Assembly: GCA_001028815.1 (NCBI GenBank)
Contig: LDJB01000003.1
Location: 110,850-174,849, forward strand
Direction of reading: 5' to 3'
From: Peptococcaceae bacterium 1109
GTDB lineage: Bacteria; Bacillota; Limnochordia; Darwinibacteriales; Darwinibacteriaceae
Length of the DNA stretch: 64,000 nt
Shown in pieces: positions 1 through 8,876 of this stretch (positions are counted from its first letter, which is position 1; every line of letters starts with the position of its first letter). The position numbers and the translations under genes were made by a program. The notes beneath the pieces were generated by a model. It did not search any database. It was not told where the DNA came from and worked only from the letters and a program-made list of their open reading frames with translations.

Positions 1-351
1 CACCCCTGAAAGCACTGAGGGGAGGAAGTAGATGGTGCGGAAGATATTCATCCCCTTAAGCCGGGAGTTGAGGAGCAAAGCCAGGAGCAGGCTTAAGACC
101 AGGACGCCCGGCACACTGAGTGCGGTGTAGTACACCGTGTTGTACAGAGATTTGTAAAACAGCGGGTCATCCATGATGGTGGTGTAGTTGTCCAGCCCGA
201 TCCAGATAGGCGGCTGGAAAACGTTGTACGCCGAGAAGCTGTAATACACTGAGAGCACAATTGGGCCTAACGTAAAGACCAGAAAGCCGATCACCCAAGG
301 AGAGATAAACAACAGCGCTGTCACTAAGTTTCGCTTTGTGGTCTTGGTCAT
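1..351 (-). CDS. carbohydrate ABC transporter permease (CUT1 family, MalF/UgpA-like); 3' end runs off the window
   Basis: Minus-strand ATG at 349-351 gives MTKTTKRNLVTALLFISPWVIGFLVFTLGPIVLSVYYSF... Revcomp of 1-60 reads LKGMNIFRTIYFLPSVLSGV, the conserved permease loop. Absent from the ORF track because it runs off the edge. Lies immediately downstream of the binding-protein gene. Confidence 0.75.
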   Translation of the reverse strand, partial: MTKTTKRNLVTALLFISPWVIGFLVFTLGPIVLSVYYSFSAYNVFQPPIWIGLDNYTTIMDDPLFYKSLYNTVYYTALSVPGVLVLSLLLALLLNSRLKGMNIFRTIYFLPSVLSGV

Positions 352-420
352 TTTGGCCACAGCCCTTCACCGCCTTTCGCGCCTTAGAAGATGGGGGGAG
401 AGAATCTCCCCCCGCTTAAC

Positions 421-1692
421 TTACCGATGGGTACGGTGCCACCGTGCCACTTCGTCTTCGTAGTTCTTTTGAGCGTCCCGAAGGGCTTGGTCTGGGTCCT
501 TCATGCCCTGGTATACTGCATCCAGCTCTGGGCTCAAGGAGCTGTCATACCAAGTGGGAGCTTCTAGTGAGAATGGACGGAAGCGGGACACTCCCATTTC
601 GTCGATCATGACCCGCCAGGATGGGTCGGCCATTAGCTCCTCATCGGTGGAACCGGCAATGGAGCCAACCAGGGACGAGTTCACCTTAGCGTACTCCGCT
701 TGAATCTCTGGAGACATGAGGTAAGATAGGAACCGCCATGCCGCCTCAGGATTCTTAGACTGGCTGGAAATCTCCAGGCTGAACCCGTTGCTCCAGCTGG
801 CGGGGGTGCCGTTGTGAGGCAGGCGGGCTACCCCAAACTCCATATCTGGTGCGTAGCGAAGGATAGTTTCCCGGAAGGTGTTGTTGTTCCCCACCATGGC
901 CACTTTGCCGATGAGGAACGGATCCATGGCATCGCCACCAAAGGTGGAGGTGAAGCTGGTAAGCTCCCTCAAGCCGTAAGTGTCCAGGAAGGACTTCACA
1001 TACTCCAGAGCTTCCACTGCTTCAGGGGTGTAGAGCTCGATCTTGCCTTCATCGTCAACCAGGGTGGCCCCGTTCTGCCAGGCGAAGATCCACCAGTACA
1101 TGTTACTCAGGTTAGGATGGAACCCGATTCTGGTGAGGCGCCCGTTGCTGTCCCGGGATGTCAACAGATCCGCGTACTCCTTTAGTTCATCCCAGGTCTG
1201 AGGGGGGCTCTCTGGGTCAAGGCCCACTTCCCGGAAAGCAGCCTTGTTGTAGTAAAGTACCCGCACGTCAGTCTCCCAGGGCATGGCGTAAACTTGGCCG
1301 TCCCAGATAATGACGGAATGGGTTGCTGGCCAGAATTCGTCCAAGGTAACACCTGACTGAGCCATATACTCATCCAAGGGGATGATCATATCCGCATGGG
1401 CTCTCTGCCCTACGTTCCCCAGGTCGTTCATGGCCACATCCGGGGCAATCCCTGCCGCGGTGGCTGTGGCGATCTTGGTCCAGTAATCCCAGAAGTTTAC
1501 GCCCAGGTCTTCCACGATAATATCAGGGTTAGCCTCGTTGAAGCGCCGCACAACATCCTTCATCCAACTCTGCACTTCGCCGCCGTCATAAATGTGCCAG
1601 AAGGTAATCTTAGTGGGAGCCGCTGAAACAACCATGCTCATTACCAGTACCGCCGAGAACGCCAACAGCCAAACCGAAACTCTCTTCCTCAT
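421..1692 (-). CDS. sugar ABC transporter substrate-binding protein with Sec signal peptide
   Basis: 423-aa ORF starting MRKRVSVWLLAFSAVLVMSMVVSAAPTKITFWHIYDGG, typical of a family-1 extracellular solute-binding protein. RBS GGGAGGAAAGGAGA lies directly upstream of the ATG. Confidence 0.8.
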   Translation of the reverse strand: MRKRVSVWLLAFSAVLVMSMVVSAAPTKITFWHIYDGGEVQSWMKDVVRRFNEANPDIIVEDLGVNFWDYWTKIATATAAGIAPDVAMNDLGNVGQRAHADMIIPLDEYMAQSGVTLDEFWPATHSVIIWDGQVYAMPWETDVRVLYYNKAAFREVGLDPESPPQTWDELKEYADLLTSRDSNGRLTRIGFHPNLSNMYWWIFAWQNGATLVDDEGKIELYTPEAVEALEYVKSFLDTYGLRELTSFTSTFGGDAMDPFLIGKVAMVGNNNTFRETILRYAPDMEFGVARLPHNGTPASWSNGFSLEISSQSKNPEAAWRFLSYLMSPEIQAEYAKVNSSLVGSIAGSTDEELMADPSWRVMIDEMGVSRFRPFSLEAPTWYDSSLSPELDAVYQGMKDPDQALRDAQKNYEDEVARWHRTHR

Positions 1693-1788
1693 TCTCCTTT
1701 CCTCCCTTTGAAGTTATGGCCAAAACCTATACTGAGCTGCGCTGAAGCTGTGTCTCCCTTCCCCCACCACCTCCCTTTAGTGTCAAAC

Positions 1789-4680
1789 TTACCGCACAAG
1801 CAGTGCCCGCAGGCAAAGGGTTTGATAGGGTTTGAGGGTGAGCTTGGGTGAGAGCTCCTCCCCTTCCACAATTAAGCCTGTAGGCGTAGATTTATGCAGG
1901 ACGGCCACGGTGTGGCCTGGAAAAAGCAGCTCCGTCTCTGAGGCCTTCCCCGCGAGTTCCTGCAGCCATACTAGATAGGCCCCGGGCTGGTCAAGTTTGA
2001 AAAAGTGAGTTACAGCCACATCTTCGTTGGTAGAGCAGATAGACCCCTCCGGCTCAGGGAGCCACTCGTTCTGGGTTTTCTGATCTGGGGTGAGGAAGAA
2101 CCCCACAAAAGGATGGTACACTTCCTGGGCAAAGCGGTGGGCATCCTTAAGCTCTACCCGTTCCCCGGACGTTAAGGCAAAGGCCAGTGTGAGCTTACTC
2201 CAAGCCCCGTGGCTGTGTCCGATCCGGAAGAACACCTTGCCTGTGCCAGGGGCCCACTTGCCCTTAAGAAATTGGTTAAACTTGATGCAATCATACTCCA
2301 CCACAGAGGCATCGCAGGAGGTTAGAACCACCCCACTCCCTTGGGAGTCTCTCAGGCTGATCCAGTCTTCCACCCCGTAGAAGTCCATACAGCTACCAGG
2401 GATCTGCCCCGAGGAACCGGGACTAGTCCAGGTCCCAGGGATAGCGTGATCCACCCTGGCAAACTGGGAGGCAAAGGGCAGTGCTACATAGTAAATCTGC
2501 TCAGGCGGCTTCAGGGCCCCAGGCAGGCGCTGGATGTGCAGTGCCAAGTCTACGCGCTTCACCTGGTGGTAGAGGGTGATCTCCCAGGTAAGGGAGAGCT
2601 CCGCTGCTAAACAGCTCCGCCGAACGATGGTAACCTGCGGCCCATCTGCAGCTAGCTCCGTACTGAGCTTACATCCCTCTTGGGGGACAACCGCCCGGAT
2701 ATCCCCTTGGTCAGGAACCCCTTCGTACAAGTCGTCCCGGGCCTGGAAATCCCCGCCAGGCAGATCACTGTTGGGCCGCCCTGGCTGGTACAGCACCACG
2801 CTGCCAAAGGGAAGTCTCCCCTCATCTAGGAGCGAGGCTCCTGTCTCCCTGTCCACGATCTGGGAAAGGGGCCGGCCGTCCCCGAGTTCGATGGTGTAGT
2901 AGTGATTAGCAAGGGCCTTTCCTCCTAAAACGGGCTGTTTTGCTGTTCCCGCCCTTGCCCTCACTGGGATGTCTTGCCAGCTAAAGGGCGGAACATCCTG
3001 AGCGTATCCCAGGTAGCACAGGCCCTCGTAGGCGAAGTGGCCCGCAAGGCGCTGCCAGTTGGGGTCTTGATCTAGCTCAGGGATAGGCTCGGCGCTATCC
3101 ACCCGCACCAAGCCTGGCCCCTTCTGATAGCTGGTACTTACCGCGATTACGCTTGGCTCCTTCGGCCGGGGTATCTTCTCTTCCACCCCTGCGGCAGCTG
3201 CTTCTGTAATCGCGGAAACCGCCTTCAGAGGCCGGCTTAAGTAAGCGAGCCCTTCCGCAGTGGCCTGAGCCTGTTTGTGCTGGCGAAAAGCGACCCACAC
3301 CCCTTTCAGCCCGCTGTGTTCATCAAAGGTGAGTAGATCGTCATAGGCCTCATCTAGGCTGGTATGGGGATAGGTATAAGCCTCGTTCACCATGTCCGCT
3401 AAGGTGGCCAGCCGTTCCGCCTGTTCCAGCTTGCGGTGGGCCCGGCGGGAGCGTGCCCCTTCCTCTGGATAGCCCGCCACAGAGGCTGCCCACCAGCTGG
3501 GCCAATCCCCTTCATACACGGGAAAGGCCTTTCCATACCTTGCTTCTAGCTCACTCAGAAACTCACTGGGGAGAGCGATCCTCAGTTTAGGCATTAGGTA
3601 AGCCTCGTTCCACAGCCGCACGATCTGCGCGGGCGCGGCCTGCAGTGGATCGTTGTCGAAGGCAACCTGGAGCAGCACAGCATCGTAAGGGTAACCGCTC
3701 CCTTCCAGCTCTGCAAGATGTACAGGGAGCTTGGCCGCGACAGCCTCCACACCCTCCAAAAGGCCATAGCGGGCCCCTTCGATATACGCCCAGCGTGGAT
3801 CGCCTGTATACCAGACAAGAAGCTCTTCCCCGCCCCGGGCCCGCCAATAAAACGGCCTGGGCGGCGGGTTACAACGATGAAAGGGAGCGCCAAAATTGTT
3901 GGGCGCCATGAAGAGATAACGCACTCCCGCACTTGCCAAGACAGGGATTACTCCCCAGGTGGCCCCAGGAATATCCGAAAGCATGGCGCTGGTAAGCGGC
4001 ACCCCCCGCCGCTTCCACCATTCCCCTTCCCAAGTGATGCGGTGCAGCTGATTGGTTCCTAAGATCTCAAAATGGTTGTGGAGGTAGCAGGCGGTGATCT
4101 CAATCCGCCCCGCCTTGGCCGCCTCAACTACCTGCTCCACTCGTTCAGGGGCCCTGGTTCGGCGGTAGTTTTGCAGCTGCCAGGTGTTCTCCACCGTCCA
4201 CTTAACCTGTGCCTCCTCTGGCCAGCTCCGGGTAGCAGAGATGGCCGCGAGTGCCAGATCCAGGTTCTTGCTGTGAATAGCCGCAGCCTCGCTGGGCGGG
4301 TGGGTAAAGCCCACATCGCAGTGGGAGTGGACTGCCACAAACACTTCCCACTCCCGGACAGGCTGAAGGTACTCCCTCTTAGTCGAGAGCTCTTCACCGG
4401 ATGGCCCCACTAAAGCAAAGGTATACTCCTGGGCTCTGTGCTCCAAGCCAACTTGGGCACGGACGTGTACCCTGGCGGTAGCCTTACCGGAGCCGCCTTC
4501 TCCTGGCCTCCACTTCAGGTTGTCAAAACACAGCTCTTCCCCGCAGCCGCGGATGTGCACTCCAAGGCCAGCAAGGGAGTTCCCTTTCTCGGAACCTTCT
4601 ACAGAAATCTCCACTAGTTGGCGGGGGCCCTGCTCTGTCTTGGCAACCAACTGCAAGGGCGTTACTTCCATCCGGTACAC
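1789..4680 (-). CDS. glycoside hydrolase family 38-like alpha-mannosidase; the listed ORF is over-extended upstream
   Basis: Motif VFVAVHSHCDVGFTH matches the GH38 HxHxDxGW signature, and the following block (RIEITACYLHNHFEI) aligns to lysosomal alpha-mannosidase. Likely start is GTG at 4680 (VYRMEVTPL) with GGAGGT 8 nt upstream, or ATG at 4671. The Arg-rich upstream 118 aa overlap the ROK kinase gene and are probably not translated. Confidence 0.6.
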   Translation of the reverse strand: MYRMEVTPLQLVAKTEQGPRQLVEISVEGSEKGNSLAGLGVHIRGCGEELCFDNLKWRPGEGGSGKATARVHVRAQVGLEHRAQEYTFALVGPSGEELSTKREYLQPVREWEVFVAVHSHCDVGFTHPPSEAAAIHSKNLDLALAAISATRSWPEEAQVKWTVENTWQLQNYRRTRAPERVEQVVEAAKAGRIEITACYLHNHFEILGTNQLHRITWEGEWWKRRGVPLTSAMLSDIPGATWGVIPVLASAGVRYLFMAPNNFGAPFHRCNPPPRPFYWRARGGEELLVWYTGDPRWAYIEGARYGLLEGVEAVAAKLPVHLAELEGSGYPYDAVLLQVAFDNDPLQAAPAQIVRLWNEAYLMPKLRIALPSEFLSELEARYGKAFPVYEGDWPSWWAASVAGYPEEGARSRRAHRKLEQAERLATLADMVNEAYTYPHTSLDEAYDDLLTFDEHSGLKGVWVAFRQHKQAQATAEGLAYLSRPLKAVSAITEAAAAGVEEKIPRPKEPSVIAVSTSYQKGPGLVRVDSAEPIPELDQDPNWQRLAGHFAYEGLCYLGYAQDVPPFSWQDIPVRARAGTAKQPVLGGKALANHYYTIELGDGRPLSQIVDRETGASLLDEGRLPFGSVVLYQPGRPNSDLPGGDFQARDDLYEGVPDQGDIRAVVPQEGCKLSTELAADGPQVTIVRRSCLAAELSLTWEITLYHQVKRVDLALHIQRLPGALKPPEQIYYVALPFASQFARVDHAIPGTWTSPGSSGQIPGSCMDFYGVEDWISLRDSQGSGVVLTSCDASVVEYDCIKFNQFLKGKWAPGTGKVFFRIGHSHGAWSKLTLAFALTSGERVELKDAHRFAQEVYHPFVGFFLTPDQKTQNEWLPEPEGSICSTNEDVAVTHFFKLDQPGAYLVWLQELAGKASETELLFPGHTVAVLHKSTPTGLIVEGEELSPKLTLKPYQTLCLRALLVR

Positions 4681-4694
4681 GGGCCGGCACCTCC

Positions 4695-5615
4695 TCAGCC
4701 TTGGAAGACGGCAAAGGCCGCTCCCTTGACGCCTGCATCTTCTAGATCTGCCCCGCGCCTCAGCTTCCCATTGGGGGCAAGGCGGCTTAGCCCTACCAGG
4801 ATTGGCTCCGCAAAGAGGTGGAGGCTCTTGGCGATGCTGCCTCCAAGGAGAAGGCAGTCGGGCTGAAACCTCTCGATAGGCCCAGCTAAGGCTTCCACGA
4901 ACATCTCTCCCCAAACCTGAAAGAGCTTCTGGCAGGCTGGGCAGCCCCCATCTGCTGCTGCGGCCAGTTCTGCAACATCTAATCCGTGGGGAAGCTCGGG
5001 GGCTTCCCCTTGCCTTTCCTGCCACAGGGTAAGAATCCCCCGGCGGGAGATATAGTCATCCACCCGCCCTGTGCGGTAGGGGAGGTTATATACATATCCG
5101 TTTTCACCAGCGCCAGGCACCGCGCTCTGAACCTGGCCGTCCACAAGGAACGCTGAACCACAGCCCGTGCCCAAGGTGATGGCCATCACCCGCCTAAAGC
5201 CCCGGGCTGCGCCAAACTGCCACTCCCCCAGGGCGAAAGCAGCCGCATCGTTCAAAAAGCGCATGGGCATCCCCTCAGGCAGCCCTAGGCGGCCCCGCAG
5301 TTCAGCCTGAAGGTTAACTCCATACAGTGCATCGTACTTCGCCACATTCTGCATCAGGCTGATACCCTGAGCATAGTCAAAGGGGCCAGGGATCCCCATC
5401 CCTACCCCAACAACGCCTTGGGGGGCAGCTTGCAGAACCGCTGCCATGCCCCTGGCAAGGTTGGCTAGGATGGTGTCTTTATCTTGGTGAGCTTGGGGAT
5501 CGAACTGATGCACAGGGCTTCTGAGCCTGCCCCCTGCATCCACCAGGGCAGCCCTGACTCCGGTGCCCCCCACATCCACCCCCAAAGCCAGGCGTGGTTG
5601 CGCGCAATCGGCCAT
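4695..5615 (-). CDS. ROK-family sugar kinase (glucokinase/mannokinase-like)
   Basis: 306 aa. N-terminal LGVDVGGTGVRAALVD sugar-kinase ATP motif and ITLGTGCGSAFLVDG ROK-like signature. No N-terminal HTH and no canonical CxCGxxGCxE zinc motif. Its stop overlaps the RBS of the GH38 gene. Confidence 0.6.
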   Translation of the reverse strand: MADCAQPRLALGVDVGGTGVRAALVDAGGRLRSPVHQFDPQAHQDKDTILANLARGMAAVLQAAPQGVVGVGMGIPGPFDYAQGISLMQNVAKYDALYGVNLQAELRGRLGLPEGMPMRFLNDAAAFALGEWQFGAARGFRRVMAITLGTGCGSAFLVDGQVQSAVPGAGENGYVYNLPYRTGRVDDYISRRGILTLWQERQGEAPELPHGLDVAELAAAADGGCPACQKLFQVWGEMFVEALAGPIERFQPDCLLLGGSIAKSLHLFAEPILVGLSRLAPNGKLRRGADLEDAGVKGAAFAVFQG

Positions 5616-5638
5616 CAGTACACCTTCTTACCTGCGAT

Positions 5639-7423
5639 TTAACGTTTGATGTACACCCGTACCAGTTGGCAAGGCTCGGGGCCTTCGTTGGTGATGGTGT
5701 ATGTCCCGCTCGCCGCGGGGATGACAAGACTTTCAAGGTAATGCATTTCCCAAGCGAACTTGGGGTCTTTTTCCAACGTAACTTGCACCTTTTCACCCTT
5801 AACCAGCACCAAGATTTCGAAGTAGCCGTTAGGAGTGTTAGTGAGCTGATCCGCTACGGTAAGGCGCCGGGTGCCGAAGAACGCCAGATGAGTTGTGCCA
5901 AACTCCTCTTCCCGGCCCCCTTCTTCTTCTCTCATCACCCTCGGCTCAGGGATCAGATGCTGCTTCACCCAACTGGTAGCCTTGCTGGTATCAAGGACTT
6001 CTAGGCCAAACTTAGAATTTATGGGCCGAGGCTTACCTGTAAGGTCGGGCCGGAGGTAATCGTAGAGCTTAAAAGTATACCAATAAGGTGTGGAGCTGAT
6101 CTCTAAGACTAGGTTATCTGCGCCGCTGCAGTGCACGGTTCCGGAGGGGATTAGGAAGTAATCCCCTTCCCTGGAGGGAAATGTGTTGACGTACTGGGAG
6201 ATATCAAAGGGCGTGTGGGATTGCTCAGCATGGTGAATGGCCTCCACAAAGCCTTCCACGGGAACATCTTCCCGCAGGCCTAGGTAGACCACAGACCCAG
6301 GCTTTGCCTCTACCACATAGTAGCTTTCGTTTTGGGCAAAGGGTTCTCCGAAGTTCTGCCGGATGAAGGCGTCATGGGGATGGACTTGGCAGCTTAGGTT
6401 GGTGCCACCCATGGTATCTAGGTAGTTGATGCGAACGGGGAAAAACTCGCCGAAATCCCGCTCTCCCTGCGTTCCCAGGATGGACTGGGCGCTGTAGGCC
6501 ATCACCAGGGAAAAGGGGACTTCAACAGCCTCACCCCCCTCAACCCCTAACAGGATGCTGTTTTCTGGTGCAACGATTTCAAAGTCCCAGGCAGAGTTAA
6601 TAAAGGAGTCATCCAGCCCAGCCGCTTCTTTCAAACGCTGCCCTCCCCAAACCCCTGGCTGGAAATAAGGCTTACAGCGGAAGGGCCGCTGGGAAGCCGC
6701 AGCGATCATCTCCTGCAATACCGAGCTCTTGACCAGCCGTGGCGCGGTTTGGCAGTTGGCATCCACGTACCACTCCACCATCGGGAGCATCTCCCGGCGG
6801 TAGCGTTCCAGGATGGGCCACTCCACATAATAGGCGTGCTTGTATTTCTGGCTAGCGCTGGCAGCAGCAGGCCTATCCGCCCCGGCCTCCGCCAAGTTAA
6901 TAAGATCTCCCTTCTGGCGGCGGGTGATTTCCTCCCGGGTTAAGTCCAGATAGAAACTAAAGTCCACCTCGCCTTTGGCCATAGCCTTCATGGCCCCAGG
7001 GCCAGCCACTACAATCAGTGTATGGGCTCCGGAGTCCTTGCTCTGGGCCGCGGCATCGCAGAGCTGCTGGAACTTCTCCCTGTCGAAGTATACGGCGATG
7101 TCCAAATCGCACACCCTGCCAAAGACAGGGTTATCTGTAAGGTATGGCTCAAATACCGCAGCGAGCTCAGCGGAGCTTCTAAGGGCTGCTGTGGTATAGT
7201 ACACTGCACTCTGAGGGTCACCTAGCTCCTTTAGGAGCGCTCCCACCACTTCAGGAAAGCCCACCCCCCACATGCCGTCTAAGGCCACGGTTACAGGGGT
7301 GCCTTGCCCTAAGAGGCCTGCGATTTTCTCTGCCATCTCCCGGTACCCAAGGGAAATGGGCTCTGGACACGATGTTTCCCATCTGTACACAACATTCACT
7401 GGCTTGGTACGCATCCCATTCAC
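5639..7423 (-). CDS. class I mannose-6-phosphate isomerase (cupin, C-terminal ~330 aa) fused to an N-terminal ~260-aa domain of unknown function
   Basis: C-terminal part carries KPYFQPGVWGGQRL and SCQVHPHD (PMI type I zinc-binding QxHPD motif) and a TVHCSG cupin block. N-terminal 260 aa (LDGMWGVGFPEVV..., DFSFYLDLTREEITRRQ) resemble no family I can name. 2-bp gap to the ROK regulator gene. Confidence 0.6.
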   Translation of the reverse strand: MNGMRTKPVNVVYRWETSCPEPISLGYREMAEKIAGLLGQGTPVTVALDGMWGVGFPEVVGALLKELGDPQSAVYYTTAALRSSAELAAVFEPYLTDNPVFGRVCDLDIAVYFDREKFQQLCDAAAQSKDSGAHTLIVVAGPGAMKAMAKGEVDFSFYLDLTREEITRRQKGDLINLAEAGADRPAAASASQKYKHAYYVEWPILERYRREMLPMVEWYVDANCQTAPRLVKSSVLQEMIAAASQRPFRCKPYFQPGVWGGQRLKEAAGLDDSFINSAWDFEIVAPENSILLGVEGGEAVEVPFSLVMAYSAQSILGTQGERDFGEFFPVRINYLDTMGGTNLSCQVHPHDAFIRQNFGEPFAQNESYYVVEAKPGSVVYLGLREDVPVEGFVEAIHHAEQSHTPFDISQYVNTFPSREGDYFLIPSGTVHCSGADNLVLEISSTPYWYTFKLYDYLRPDLTGKPRPINSKFGLEVLDTSKATSWVKQHLIPEPRVMREEEGGREEEFGTTHLAFFGTRRLTVADQLTNTPNGYFEILVLVKGEKVQVTLEKDPKFAWEMHYLESLVIPAASGTYTITNEGPEPCQLVRVYIKR

Positions 7424-7424
7424 C

Positions 7425-8630
7425 TCAACCTTTCTTGTTACTTCCCCCGAGCCTATGCTCGAACACCAGCGCTGCTGCGCCCATCAGGCTCGTATCTGCT
7501 AAGAAGACTGCCGGTTCAATGCGCAAGCCCTGGCGATGCAGTTCAGGCCCGCGATGGTGCAAGATGGGCTGCATAGCCTCAACCAGCAGGTCATAAACCC
7601 GGCTAAAGGCTCCCCCGATGTAAACCACATCAGGGGCGATAATCACGTTCAGCATACTCACCGCGATGGCAAGATAGCGCCCCGCCTCCCTGATGGCCTC
7701 TGCCGCCACATCATCCCCTGCCTGCGCTGCATCCATAATCTGACTTAAGGACTCCATCTGCGGTTCCGCGGCCCCTGCTGGCAGCAGTACCGTGGGACGG
7801 CCCAGGCGGATCTGATCGTTAATCCGCCGCACAAGGGCGGAGTAGGATATAAATGTCTCTAGGCAGCCAAATTGGCCGCAAGCGCAGCGCTCGCCCCTGG
7901 GGTCCACCACAGCGTGGCCGATGTCTCCCGCGGCGAAGTTCTTCCCTGCATGGACTCGTCCGTCCATAGCTAGGCCTACACCTACACCGTAGTCTACCAT
8001 CAAGAAGGCAATGGTCTGCTCTGGCTGGCTCGCCCGCCACCAGATTTCCGCCAAAGCCCCTAGGCGAGCGTCGTTATCGATGTGGACGGGAAGCCCTACC
8101 CCATCCTCCACCAGGTCTGCTAGAACCACCCCTTCACCGCCAATGTTAGGCGCCAAAGTGATGCGGTTTTCCTGATCCACAACCCCGGGGAAACTGATCC
8201 CGATCCCCTGGAGGTTAAATCCCTGCTCTCTGCAGTGTTTTAGGGCGGCGTTGATGGTGTTCCGCAGATGGGTGACAAACATCCCTCCACGAAAGCGGGC
8301 CGCGCCTACCACCTCTTTGTGAAGCACCTTTCCAGCAAGATCCACAACGGCCCAGGTGAGATCGTGCACCCCCACGTGGACTGCGAGAGCCCGGTTTGCC
8401 TCGCCGTTTAGGCAAAAAGCTTCGGCCCGGCGGCCGCCAGTTGTGACGGAGCGATCCGCAGGCTTAATTAATGACCTTTCCTGCAGTTCCCGGAAAATAG
8501 CAGAAACTGTGGGTACGGTGAGGCCTGTTTGTTCCACTACTCCGCTGCGGGTCAGCATCCCATGCCTCCGCAGCTGCTCTATAACGAGCCGTTGGTTTTC
8601 TGTGCGAATATCATGCTGCCGTATTGCCAT
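7425..8630 (-). CDS. ROK-family transcriptional regulator (NagC/XylR-like)
   Basis: N-terminal wHTH (LTRSGVVEQTGLTVPTVSAIFRELQE) plus ROK sugar-kinase fold with the CACGQFGCLETF zinc motif. 401 aa. Divergent from tetR. Confidence 0.85.
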   Translation of the reverse strand: MAIRQHDIRTENQRLVIEQLRRHGMLTRSGVVEQTGLTVPTVSAIFRELQERSLIKPADRSVTTGGRRAEAFCLNGEANRALAVHVGVHDLTWAVVDLAGKVLHKEVVGAARFRGGMFVTHLRNTINAALKHCREQGFNLQGIGISFPGVVDQENRITLAPNIGGEGVVLADLVEDGVGLPVHIDNDARLGALAEIWWRASQPEQTIAFLMVDYGVGVGLAMDGRVHAGKNFAAGDIGHAVVDPRGERCACGQFGCLETFISYSALVRRINDQIRLGRPTVLLPAGAAEPQMESLSQIMDAAQAGDDVAAEAIREAGRYLAIAVSMLNVIIAPDVVYIGGAFSRVYDLLVEAMQPILHHRGPELHRQGLRIEPAVFLADTSLMGAAALVFEHRLGGSNKKG

Positions 8631-8642
8631 TCTAAGTATCCT

Positions 8643-8658
8643 TTACAAAGTTTTGTAA
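8643..8658. promoter_or_regulatory. 7-2-7 inverted repeat TTACAAAgtTTTGTAA, candidate operator, 13 bp upstream of the ROK regulator start
   Basis: Perfect 7-bp arms read directly in the sequence, located in the divergent intergenic region between the ROK regulator and tetR. Confidence 0.35.
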
Positions 8659-8787
8659 CCTTATTATATTACACCCCCTGAAAATGTCAATAGTTTTGTG
8701 TTCTTTGTTGATCGACCGTTAACCAAGGGCCTGTTTTCTGCGAACTTTATAAATATGGTTTACTAAGTAAGGGTGCAGCGGGGTCTC

Positions 8788-8817
8788 TTGACCACTCTGG
8801 TCGAATTGTGCTACACT
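8788..8817 (+). promoter_or_regulatory. sigma70-like promoter for tetR: TTGACC, 18 bp, TACACT
   Basis: -35 TTGACC at 8788-8793 and -10 TACACT at 8812-8817, about 60 nt upstream of the TetR TTG start. Confidence 0.4.
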
Positions 8818-8876
8818 GAAATCGCCCAAGATGGTCTAGAAAGGGGGAGAGCACCATCAACGAGGCGTTTCAGAAG

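Noticed and set aside
167-370. 67-aa minus-strand ORF from the track
   Set aside because: It is in the wrong frame relative to the clear ABC permease reading (MTKTTKRNL... from 351), which the track missed because it runs off the window.
4681-5025. Arg-rich 118-aa N-terminal extension of the 1078-aa ORF (MAGKARGSPRASPRIRCCRTGRSS...)
   Set aside because: It overlaps the ROK kinase gene in another frame and has GC-rich low-complexity composition. A GTG/ATG with a proper GGAGG RBS at 4680/4671 gives a sensible GH38 N-terminus.
5594-6004. 136-aa plus-strand ORF
   Set aside because: Antisense within the PMI gene.
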